Source of the DNA: an uncultured Gemmatimonadales bacterium
GTDB lineage: Bacteria > Gemmatimonadota > Gemmatimonadetes > Longimicrobiales > Gaopeijiaceae
Reading direction: 5' to 3'
Assembly (NCBI GenBank): GCA_963823035.1
Contig: CAWGKG010000015.1
Coordinates: forward strand, 32,001-96,000
DNA: 64,000 nt
Shown: positions 1-7,904 of the stretch, one piece after another
How the letters are laid out: each line of letters begins with the position of its first letter
Position numbering within the stretch: position 1 is the stretch's first letter
Notes under the pieces: model-generated
What the model saw: the letters and a program-made list of their open reading frames with translations, nothing else
Told to the model about the DNA's origin: nothing
Databases searched by the model: none
Translations under genes and position numbers: made by a program

Positions 1-839
1 TCCGACGCGGGGTCGAACGCCTCCTGCACCCAGAGGATCGTGGTGGCGGCCATCGTGGAACGGAGCTCGCGCATGCACTCGAGCCCCTCCAGCACGCGCG
101 GGATGTCGGCGGCGACCGTCGCGTCGTGCGGGAGGTAGGTCACCGTGACCAATCCGTCGTGCGCACCCACCGAGAAACCGCAAACCGCGGTGCGGGGATC
201 GCGCGCGAGCCGGAGGCGCGCGTTCGCGCTGAGACGCAGGTCCTCCATCGCGCGGGTCGACGCCGGCGTCGGCTGGAAGTCGGGGAGCTGCGACATCCCC
301 ACCAACGCCGAAGCGGCGTTCTCGACGTTCATGCGCTCGACGTTCAGGACGACGTCGTACTGGGAGGCGTCCTCCCAGGAGACCCCATACATCGAGCGGA
401 CCCAGTTGCGGCGGTCCTCTTCCACGTCCGCCAGGTAGCGGACCGCCTTCGAACGCTCGATCCCGAGGCTCTTCATCGTGGCCCGGACGCGGTACTCCTC
501 GTCCGCCACGACCCGCACGCGCATGACGTGGGCGATGTTGCGCAGGAGGAGGTGCCCCGTACGCCCGTGGTAGACGAGCGGACCCTCGCGGAGGCGGTCG
601 CACAGGTAGGCCGTGCTGAACGCCAGGTAGTGGTCGCGCTCGCGCCCCAGCCGCTCGGTGAAGGAGCGGGGCTTCATCATGCTGGTCTCGAGCTTCCCGA
701 CCTGGATCCCGGCTCCGACGGCCGCCTCGATGAGGTCCTCGCGGCTCACCACCGGGTAGCCCAGCTTCGCGGCCAGCGCCTCGGCCAGCTCGCGCCCACG
801 CGAGAGCGATCCCCGGGACACACAGATGATCTGCGTCAC
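1..839 (-). CDS. Cytidylate kinase-like family protein with C-terminal extension (3' end outside window)
   Basis: Absent from the ORF track; manually translated from GTG at 839: MTQIICVSRGSLSRGRELAEALAAKLGYPVVSREDL...LVYHGRTGHLLL...YDVVLN. Same motifs as three other paralogs. The start overlaps the upstream stop (GTGA). Confidence 0.85.
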   Translation of the reverse strand, partial: MTQIICVSRGSLSRGRELAEALAAKLGYPVVSREDLIEAAVGAGIQVGKLETSMMKPRSFTERLGRERDHYLAFSTAYLCDRLREGPLVYHGRTGHLLLRNIAHVMRVRVVADEEYRVRATMKSLGIERSKAVRYLADVEEDRRNWVRSMYGVSWEDASQYDVVLNVERMNVENAASALVGMSQLPDFQPTPASTRAMEDLRLSANARLRLARDPRTAVCGFSVGAHDGLVTVTYLPHDATVAADIPRVLEGLECMRELRSTMAATTILWVQEAFDPAS

Positions 840-1300
840 GACACCTTCCCTTTCGCGGCGAGAAACGCCGCAATCTCGTCCCGCTTCCGCTTCGAGCGCG
901 TGGGGCTATGGCCGTCACTGAACGTCGCCACGGTGACGCCCTCGTCCTCGAGGAGGGCCCCGAAGATCACCGACGACCTCCGTGCCGACGAAGCGTCGCA
1001 CACCAGCGCGCCCGCTTCGGCCCCGAGGCGCGCTCCGGCGGCGTTCAGGGCGTCGTCGTCGGTCGCCATCACCACGAGGAAGGCACCCGCCACGTGCTGC
1101 GGGGCGAAATGCTCCTCGACCCAGCGAAGCGCGCCCGCCTCGGCCTTCCGCGCCAACTCCTTGTTCACTTCGGGGGACACGACCGTGACGTCGGCACCCG
1201 CGCGCAGCAACGACTTCGCCTTGCGCGCCCCGACCGATCCGCCGCCCACCACCACGCACCTGCGGGTGCGCACGTCGACCGCGAGGGGAAGGAAGCGCAT
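836..1300 (-). CDS. Precorrin-2 dehydrogenase / siroheme synthase N-terminal NAD-binding domain (short, 154 aa)
   Basis: MRFLPLAVDVRTRRCVVVGGGSVGARKAKSLLRAGADVTVVSP...LVVMATDDDALN is the CysG-N/SirC signature. Translationally coupled on both sides. Confidence 0.85.
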   Translation of the reverse strand: MRFLPLAVDVRTRRCVVVGGGSVGARKAKSLLRAGADVTVVSPEVNKELARKAEAGALRWVEEHFAPQHVAGAFLVVMATDDDALNAAGARLGAEAGALVCDASSARRSSVIFGALLEDEGVTVATFSDGHSPTRSKRKRDEIAAFLAAKGKVS

Positions 1301-1743
1301 CAGTGGCCTCCCGCCGTGAGCACGCCGCTGGCCGCGAGGGCCAGGATCGCCACCTCGGTGACGGCGATCGCGGCGTAGATCCAGTCGCGCCTGCGCACCA
1401 GCATGGGGACGATGCCGGAGAAGCAGACGGGCGTGACGCATGCCAGCAGCGCGATTCCGGACCACGTCAGGAAGTCCCCGCTGCCGAGCGCGCTCACCCA
1501 CCACCATCCCGTGAGCGCGTGCTCGCGGTGCAGGTACTCCGCGTTCACGGTGTGCAGGTACGTCTGAACGTCCATCGTCCAGTAGCGGGGCAACTCCGAG
1601 ATCGGCACGGCGGGCTCCATCGCCCCCGTGAGGTAGATGGCGAAGGTCACCAGGAGGGTGACCAGCCCCGTGTACATCCCCGCGGCGAGAATGCGCGCGT
1701 AGAGGAGCTGCTCGTCGCTGACGCCGGTCGGCCGATCACGCAC
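1300..1743 (-). CDS. DUF1634-like membrane protein (TauE partner)
   Basis: GTG at 1743 after a GAGGAGG RBS. About three TM segments, ending ...YAAIAVTEVAILALAASGVLTAGGH. Directly follows TauE. Confidence 0.7.
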   Translation of the reverse strand: MRDRPTGVSDEQLLYARILAAGMYTGLVTLLVTFAIYLTGAMEPAVPISELPRYWTMDVQTYLHTVNAEYLHREHALTGWWWVSALGSGDFLTWSGIALLACVTPVCFSGIVPMLVRRRDWIYAAIAVTEVAILALAASGVLTAGGH

Positions 1744-1757
1744 GTGTCCCTCCTCGA

Positions 1758-2756
1758 CTAGATGATGAAGGGAAGTCCGAGGCCCTTCGTGATCGCCTTC
1801 CCGCCCGAGAACAGGAGGAGGACGATCACGATCCATCGTACGAAGCCGGGCTTGGCCACCCGCAGGATGCGCACGCCGATGAAGGAGCCCAGCATGATGC
1901 CCACCAGAGACGGCACCACCATCATCGGGATCACGCACCCCTCGTTCAGATAGATCCACGCCGCCGAGGTGTCCGTGATGGACAGGAGGAACTTGCTGGT
2001 CGCGACGCTCACCTTGAGGGGCGCGCCCAACACCAGGTTGAGCACCGGCACGTTCGCCCATCCGGCCCCCAGGCCGAACATCCCCGCCATGAAGCCGATG
2101 CCGATGAAGAGGAGGAGCCCCGTCGCGGTGCGGTGGATCTTCCAGTCCACCTCCTGGTTCAGGCTCGCCTCCATGTAGATGCCGTGGATCCCGAGGATAC
2201 GGGAGAGACGGTCGGCGGCGGGCACCACAGGGAACGTCGACTTCTTGGCACGGATCATCAGGAGGACGATCCCGAGGATCGAGGCACCCAGCAGCGTCTG
2301 CACCAGGTTCGTGGGGAGCGCCAGGCCGACCATCGCCCCGACGACCGCGCACGCGGAAGCGATCAGGGCCACGGGCATCGCCAGCCGCAGGCTCGCCAGG
2401 TTCATGCGCAGGAACCCGGGTCCCGCGGCGAGCGCGCCGCACAACGCCACCAGGAGGCCGGTACAGCGCACGAAGTCGAGGTGGAAAGGGCAGAACCCGC
2501 TCACGATCGGCACGAAGAGCACGCCACCACCCACGCCTCCCAGCGCCGCCAGGATGCCCATGAAGAACGTCATGACGAACAGCACCAGAGGCCAGAACCA
2601 CCACGCCGGCACCCCATCGGCCGCCGGCGCGGAAGCCTGGGCCACCAGCTCGGGATCGGGCGCGCCGAAGAGGAGGAACAACGTGAGCGCGAGCACGAGC
2701 CCGGTCCGGAGAGGCCCGGATGCTGGCAAGCCGAAAAACCGCGAGTTCGCGTTCAC
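1758..2756 (-). CDS. Sulfite exporter TauE/SafE family protein
   Basis: Duplicated GVGGGVLFVP and GLGAGWANVP motifs, many TM helices, VATSKF motif. Confidence 0.9.
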   Translation of the reverse strand: MNANSRFFGLPASGPLRTGLVLALTLFLLFGAPDPELVAQASAPAADGVPAWWFWPLVLFVMTFFMGILAALGGVGGGVLFVPIVSGFCPFHLDFVRCTGLLVALCGALAAGPGFLRMNLASLRLAMPVALIASACAVVGAMVGLALPTNLVQTLLGASILGIVLLMIRAKKSTFPVVPAADRLSRILGIHGIYMEASLNQEVDWKIHRTATGLLLFIGIGFMAGMFGLGAGWANVPVLNLVLGAPLKVSVATSKFLLSITDTSAAWIYLNEGCVIPMMVVPSLVGIMLGSFIGVRILRVAKPGFVRWIVIVLLLFSGGKAITKGLGLPFII

Positions 2757-2765
2757 GTTGCGCCG

Positions 2766-3584
2766 TCAGGGATAGGGGTCGAACCACTCGACCTTCAGGC
2801 GGATCTGGCGCACACCCGGGACGGCCCGGGCGAGCTCCACCATGCGCTCGCCCGTGCGCCCGCTCTTGCGCAGGGGGGCCTCCCCCGAGATCACGACGGC
2901 TCCGTCCTGCGACTCGGCCTCGAGCTCCAGCGAGCGCAGCTCGTCGTCGCCCGCCAGCGCGAGCTTCACCTGGCACGCGAGCCGGAAGTCCTCCAGGCGC
3001 GCGAGCGCCGAAGCGTCGACGGCGAGCGCGGGCGTCTCGATGGCCTTCGCGACGATGGCACACGCTCCTTCGACGGTGAGGGTGGCCAGGTTGATCACCA
3101 GGTCGTAGAGCTTGGGGGCCATGACGTCCTCGCCGTACATCACCTCCACCCACCGCGCTCTGGAGACGTCCAGGTCGTGGATGTACTCCCGCGCCTCGGC
3201 GGCCGTCATCCCGGTCTCCCGGCGCACCACGCGCACGCGGCTCTCGAGCGGAGCGATGAGCCTGAGGCAGAAGACCGCGGGCGCCCCCCGCATCAACAGC
3301 CCGCCGGTGAGCCCATGGTAGACCAGGTTCCCACCGGCGGCGCGGTCGGACAGCGCCGCCTGGACCGCCACGATGTACGCGCGCCGCATGGACGAGAACC
3401 TCCCCCAGAGCGACGGGCGATCACCCATCTTCTCCTGGAGGAGCTCGGCCGGGACACCCAGCTTGGCCGCGGCCTGCACCAGCACCTCGCGACCGAGGAT
3501 GGGGTAGCCGAGGCGCTCCGCGAGGCACTCGGCCACGGCGCGCCCTCCGCTCTTCGTTCCCCGGCAGATGCAGACGATGGCCAT
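2766..3584 (-). CDS. Cytidylate kinase-like family protein with C-terminal BON-like domain
   Basis: AIVCICRGTKSGG, LVYHG and YDLVINL motifs. C-terminus VKLALAGDDELRSLELEAESQDGAVVISG is BON-like. Confidence 0.85.
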   Translation of the reverse strand: MAIVCICRGTKSGGRAVAECLAERLGYPILGREVLVQAAAKLGVPAELLQEKMGDRPSLWGRFSSMRRAYIVAVQAALSDRAAGGNLVYHGLTGGLLMRGAPAVFCLRLIAPLESRVRVVRRETGMTAAEAREYIHDLDVSRARWVEVMYGEDVMAPKLYDLVINLATLTVEGACAIVAKAIETPALAVDASALARLEDFRLACQVKLALAGDDELRSLELEAESQDGAVVISGEAPLRKSGRTGERMVELARAVPGVRQIRLKVEWFDPYP

Positions 3585-3587
3585 GCG

Positions 3588-4237
3588 TCAGTCCCCCGAG
3601 AGGTTCTCTTCGAGACGACGATGGCACTCCGCGGCGAAGGCCGCGTGTCGGGCCCCCACCTCCGGGGTGATGTGGAACTGCGGTTGGGAGGCACCCTCCG
3701 CGATGGCCGCGCACGCCGCCTCCAGGGTGAGGGTGCGGAGGTTGACCGTGAGGTCGTACAGGGCCGGATCCTCCACGTCCAGCCCGAACATCGACTGGAC
3801 GCGGCGCTCCCGCTCACGGTCGATCGTGCGGACGAAGTCCTCCGCCGCCCGCCGTGTCATCCCGTGGTTCGCCGCCGCAGCGCACCGATGCGCATCGCAA
3901 CCGGCGCGATGAGCCTTACCCGGAATACGCCCGGCAGGCCCCGGAGGAGGAACTGGCCCGCGAGGCCGTGATACACCAGGTCACCTCGCGTGCACGCCTC
4001 GGCCAGAGCGGTCTGCACGGCCAGCACGTACCGCTCACGTTCGCGGCTCAGGCGGGACCAGAGCCCCGGAGCCGTTTCGAACTTTCCCCTTACGGCCTCC
4101 TCTGAGACCTGCAACTTCTTGGCGGCCGTCTGGAGCACCTCATCCGCGATGCACGGACATCCCAGACGCTCGCAAAGGCATTCGGCGACCTGTCGGCCGC
4201 CGCTCAGGGACCCTCGGGAGATGGTGATGATCGCCAC
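3588..4237 (-). CDS. Cytidylate kinase-like family protein (frameshift near 3880, probably a sequencing error)
   Basis: GTG 4237 (AIITISRGSLSGG...LVYHGLAG) joins ORF 3588..3860 (YDLTVNL) with a one-base correction. Confidence 0.8.
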
Positions 4238-4314
4238 GGGTCGATCCTCGTGGGACCGGACGCCGTCCCGCCTCGGGCTCCGGCTCCTGCGCGATCCGTC
4301 TCTGGGCATGTGTT

Positions 4315-4336
4315 ATTCGTGACAGAGTTCACGAAT
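4315..4336. promoter_or_regulatory. Rex-like operator 1
   Basis: Palindrome ATTCGTGA-CAGAGT-TCACGAAT, resembling the Rex consensus TTGTGAA-N4-TTCACAA; lies in the leader of the leftward operon. Confidence 0.8.
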
Positions 4337-4382
4337 CCCACGACCGGGAGGCACCTCCGTGCGACCCGGACCCCGGAGAGTC

Positions 4383-4404
4383 AATCGCGATTTTTGTCAC
4401 GATT
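4383..4404. promoter_or_regulatory. Rex-like operator 2
   Basis: AATCGCGA-TTTTTG-TCACGATT, immediately downstream of a -10 box on the minus strand. Confidence 0.75.
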
Positions 4405-4407
4405 AAT

Positions 4408-4436
4408 AGTTTAGGGAGCCCGCGAGGCTCTGTCAA
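4408..4436 (-). promoter_or_regulatory. sigma70 promoter of the leftward operon
   Basis: TTGACA (4436-4431), 17-nt spacer, TAAACT (4413-4408). Confidence 0.8.
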
Positions 4437-4443
4437 GCAAGCC

Positions 4444-5121
4444 TCAGGCCGTCCGCAGCCCCGCGGTCGATCCGTCGTCCGGGGACCCTCGGGGCGCTGC
4501 GCCCGAACGGAGGTGATAGGCGATCTCACCCAGCCCGACCGAGAAGCGTTCATTCCGCGCCAGGACCGCCGCGGGCACGTGGAGCCGGGTCGGCGTGAAG
4601 TTCCAGATCGCCTCCACGCCGCAGGCCACCAGCAGGTCCGCCAGCGGTTGGGCGACCTCTTCGGGCGTGGCCAGGATGGCAAGGCGCACGTGGTGTTCGG
4701 CCACGAAGCTGCGCATCTCGTCGATCGGCTCGATGGTGCGGCCGGCGATGCGCCGCCCCACCTTGAAGGGGTCGACGTCGAACGCCGCGACGATGCGTAG
4801 GCCGTAGCGCTCGAACTCGGGATACGCCATGATGGCGCCGCCGAGCTGCCCCGCACCGACCAGAACGGCGGTGTACGGCTGGTCGAAACCGACGACCGTC
4901 CGGATGGCCCGGCAGATCTCGCAGACCTCGTAGCCGACGCGGCTCATGCCCACGAGCCCGACCGCGGCGAAGTCCTTGCGCACCTGGCTCGGGTCCACGT
5001 CCAGGGCGCGGCCGATCTGTGCGCTGGTGACGGTCTTCGCGGGTTGTCTGGCGACGTATTCGGCGAGGTACCGGTAGTAGCGGATGAGGCGGTCGAGGAC
5101 CACTCGTTTCAGGCGTGCCAT
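4444..5121 (-). CDS. rex: Redox-sensing transcriptional repressor Rex
   Basis: RLIRYYRYL...VTSAQIG...SQVRKDF winged helix, GAGQLG Rossmann motif, AIWNFTP. Confidence 0.95.
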   Translation of the reverse strand: MARLKRVVLDRLIRYYRYLAEYVARQPAKTVTSAQIGRALDVDPSQVRKDFAAVGLVGMSRVGYEVCEICRAIRTVVGFDQPYTAVLVGAGQLGGAIMAYPEFERYGLRIVAAFDVDPFKVGRRIAGRTIEPIDEMRSFVAEHHVRLAILATPEEVAQPLADLLVACGVEAIWNFTPTRLHVPAAVLARNERFSVGLGEIAYHLRSGAAPRGSPDDGSTAGLRTA

Positions 5122-5209
5122 GGCGTACGGTCGCCTCCGGGAACGCACGGTTCCCGCGGAGAGTGAGCGTGTGATTTCCGGCCCTCGTCCGGGCGGACGC
5201 ACCAGGGGG

Positions 5210-5239
5210 TTGAGTGCCCCGAGGGGTATCTGCTAGGTT
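5210..5239 (+). promoter_or_regulatory. Putative sigma70 promoter of the rightward operon
   Basis: TTGAGT, 18-nt spacer, TAGGTT with an extended TG. Confidence 0.55.
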
Positions 5240-5261
5240 AATCGTGATAGTTTCCACGAAT
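5240..5261. promoter_or_regulatory. Rex-like operator 3
   Basis: AATCGTGA-TAGTTT-CCACGAAT, between the divergent rex and DsrM-like genes and abutting the -10 box. Confidence 0.75.
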
Positions 5262-5350
5262 TGCGCAAGACCCCTCGGGGTCCCGTGCGCCGGCCCCGTC
5301 TGGGTCCTGGCCGTCGAGCCGCGGGACGTCCCGTCTACGAGGACACCGCC

Positions 5351-6262
5351 ATGTCCGGCCCGATTCTGCTGGTGCTCTCCTACGTTCTGATCGCGGTCTT
5401 CATCGTCGCGACCCTCCTGCGCTCGATCCGGATCGCACGCCTTCCCGTACATCTCCGCTGGGAGCTGGCGCCCGTCCCGAAGGAGAAGACACGGGGCCGC
5501 TATGGAGGTTCGTACCTGGAGGAGTACGAGTGGTGGAAGAAGCAGCGCGAGGAATCGAGCGTCGCCGAGATCGCCTACATGCTCGGCGAGATCATCTTCC
5601 TGAAGGCGCTGTGGGAGCACAACCGGCGCCTCTGGTGGTTCTCCTACCCCTTCCATCTCGGTCTCTACGCGTGGGTCGTGGCGGCCGGTCTGCTGGTCGC
5701 GGGCGGTGGCGCCGCCGCCCTCGGGTTCGGCGGACCGGGGTGGGGCCTGGTCACGGGCTTGTTGCCCCTGCTCACGGGGGTGGCCTGCGCGCTGGGGACG
5801 CTGGGGGCGCTGGGACTTCTGGCCAGCCGCCTCTTCGACGGACGCCTGCGCAACGGCACCACGCCCGTGGCGATCCTCAACCTGGGGCTCGTCCTGGCGG
5901 TCTTCGCCACCGGCCTGGTCGCGGCGCTGGGCGACGGCTACGCCCACCAGGCGGTGGCCTTCGCGGGGGCGCTGTTCAGCGCCGGCCCGGTGCCCACGCT
6001 GGCCCCGAGCCTCACGGCGTACGTGGTCGTCAGCATGGTCTTCCTGGCCTATCTCCCATTCAGCCAGATGATGCACTTCGTCGCCAAGTACTTCACCTAC
6101 CATCAGGTGCGTTGGGACGACCGACCCCTGGTGGTCGGCGGATCGATCGAGCGCGAGGTCGGCGAGCTCATGAAGCAGCCCGTGACCTGGTCGGCACCCC
6201 ACCTTGGCGCTGACGGCAAGAAGAACTGGGTGGACATTGCGACCGAGGAGGTGCCCCGATGA
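5351..6262 (+). CDS. NarI/DsrM-like membrane b-type cytochrome subunit
   Basis: HLRWELAPVP, FSYPFHLGLY and LPFSQMMHF motifs; about six TM helices; paired with a CCG Fe-S protein. Confidence 0.8.
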   Translation: MSGPILLVLSYVLIAVFIVATLLRSIRIARLPVHLRWELAPVPKEKTRGRYGGSYLEEYEWWKKQREESSVAEIAYMLGEIIFLKALWEHNRRLWWFSYPFHLGLYAWVVAAGLLVAGGGAAALGFGGPGWGLVTGLLPLLTGVACALGTLGALGLLASRLFDGRLRNGTTPVAILNLGLVLAVFATGLVAALGDGYAHQAVAFAGALFSAGPVPTLAPSLTAYVVVSMVFLAYLPFSQMMHFVAKYFTYHQVRWDDRPLVVGGSIEREVGELMKQPVTWSAPHLGADGKKNWVDIATEEVPR

Positions 6263-7869
6263 GTGACGGGCCGAGGGTAAAGGACATCGGCCGGGGCGGC
6301 GAGGGTGTGCTGTCCAAGGTGGGGGTGGGCGAACTGATGCCCCTTCCCCCGCCCTACGATCGCCTCGAGGACCAACCCCCGTGGAAGGAGATCAAGCCCG
6401 AAACAGCAGCACGCATGGTGTGCAACCTCGACGGAGTGGTCGCGCTCAGCCTCCCCTGCCCCGAGGACGAGGCCGAGGAGCGCCGGTACGTCGATCAATT
6501 CGCCGAGGGTCTGGAGAAGCTGCTGACGAAGGAGAACAACTGGACCTTCCTCCAACCCCTCACGCTCGCGCTCGAGTATTGCGTGGGATGCCAGACGTGC
6601 AGCGACGCATGTCACATCTTCAAGGCGAGCGGTGACAAGGAGATCTACCGCCCGACCTACCGCTCCGAGGTCTGGCGCCGCCTGGTGCGGAAGTACGTGA
6701 AGCCGGCCGGCAAGCTCCTCGCGCCCCTCACCGGGGCCGACGTCGACCTCAACTGGACCACGGTCTCACGGCTCTACGAGCTGGCGTATCGGTGCAACCT
6801 GTGCCGGCGCTGCGCGCAGGTCTGTCCGATCGGTGTGGACAATGGCCTCATCGCGCACGAGCTACGCAAGCTCTTCAGCCAGGAGCTCGGGTGGGCGCCG
6901 CGCGAGCTGCACGAGAAGGGCACGGTCCTGCAGCTCGAGGTGGGCTCCTCCACCGGCATGAACCAGGTGGCGGTGAAGGACAACGTCGACTTCATCGACG
7001 AGGACCTGACGGAGGAGACCGGCATCGAGGTCCACAGCCCGTGGGACAAGGAGGGCGCGGACGTTCTCCTCATCCACAACGCCGGGGAGATCCTGGCGTG
7101 GCCCGAGAACCCGGGCGCCTTCGCCATCATCCTCAACGCGGCGGGCATCGACTGGACGCTAGCCTCGGAGGGGATCGACTACGATGGCGTGAACTACGGT
7201 CTCTTCTACGACGACTTCCAGCTCGCTCGCATCGCGTTGAGGCACGTGGGGACGGCGAAGAAGCTGGGGGTGAAGAAGATCGTCATGGGGGAGTGCGGCC
7301 ATCAGCACAAGGCGTTGATGACGGTGGCCGACCGCATCCTGCACGGGGACATGCGGGTCGAGCGCGAGAGCTGCATGACGCTCCTCGAGGAGATCGTCTT
7401 CAGCGGCAAGATCGAGTTCGACCCGTCGAAGAACGACTTCCCGGTGACGCTTCACGACCCCTGCAACATCGTGCGCAACCTGGGGATCGTGGAGCCGCAG
7501 CGCCGCATCCTGCGCTACCTCTGCCCCCGGTTCCGGGAGATGACGCCACACGGGGTCGACAACTACTGCTGCGGCGGTGGTAGCGGGCTGGCGGTGATGT
7601 CGGGCAACAACTTCGCGGACTGGCGGGTGAGCGTGGCCGGACGGGTGAAGTTCAAGCAGATCCTGGACGCGTTCGAGGACCAGCCGGGGCCGGAGGTTCC
7701 GAAGTACGTCTGCGCCCCCTGCTCCAACTGCAAGGGACAGATCCGCGACATGCTCCAGTACTACGGAGCGCTCGAGAAGAGCGGCATCACATACGGCGGG
7801 CTCGTCGAGCTGATCGTGAACGCGATGGTCGACGTAAAGGAGCCCTTCATCAAGTGGGAGATGCACTGA
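6259..7869 (+). CDS. DsrK/HdrD-like Fe-S protein with CCG domain
   Basis: Two CxxCxxCxxxC motifs, GECGH, HDPC, CCGGGSG, CSNC. Confidence 0.85.
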   Translation: MSDGPRVKDIGRGGEGVLSKVGVGELMPLPPPYDRLEDQPPWKEIKPETAARMVCNLDGVVALSLPCPEDEAEERRYVDQFAEGLEKLLTKENNWTFLQPLTLALEYCVGCQTCSDACHIFKASGDKEIYRPTYRSEVWRRLVRKYVKPAGKLLAPLTGADVDLNWTTVSRLYELAYRCNLCRRCAQVCPIGVDNGLIAHELRKLFSQELGWAPRELHEKGTVLQLEVGSSTGMNQVAVKDNVDFIDEDLTEETGIEVHSPWDKEGADVLLIHNAGEILAWPENPGAFAIILNAAGIDWTLASEGIDYDGVNYGLFYDDFQLARIALRHVGTAKKLGVKKIVMGECGHQHKALMTVADRILHGDMRVERESCMTLLEEIVFSGKIEFDPSKNDFPVTLHDPCNIVRNLGIVEPQRRILRYLCPRFREMTPHGVDNYCCGGGSGLAVMSGNNFADWRVSVAGRVKFKQILDAFEDQPGPEVPKYVCAPCSNCKGQIRDMLQYYGALEKSGITYGGLVELIVNAMVDVKEPFIKWEMH

Positions 7870-7904
7870 CGGATCGACGGAGTCGGCCTGCGGACGACAC
7901 GGCG

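Noticed and set aside
3857..3859. TGA read-through as selenocysteine in the split CMP-kinase-like gene
   Set aside because: The downstream half is in a different frame, so an indel rather than recoding is needed.
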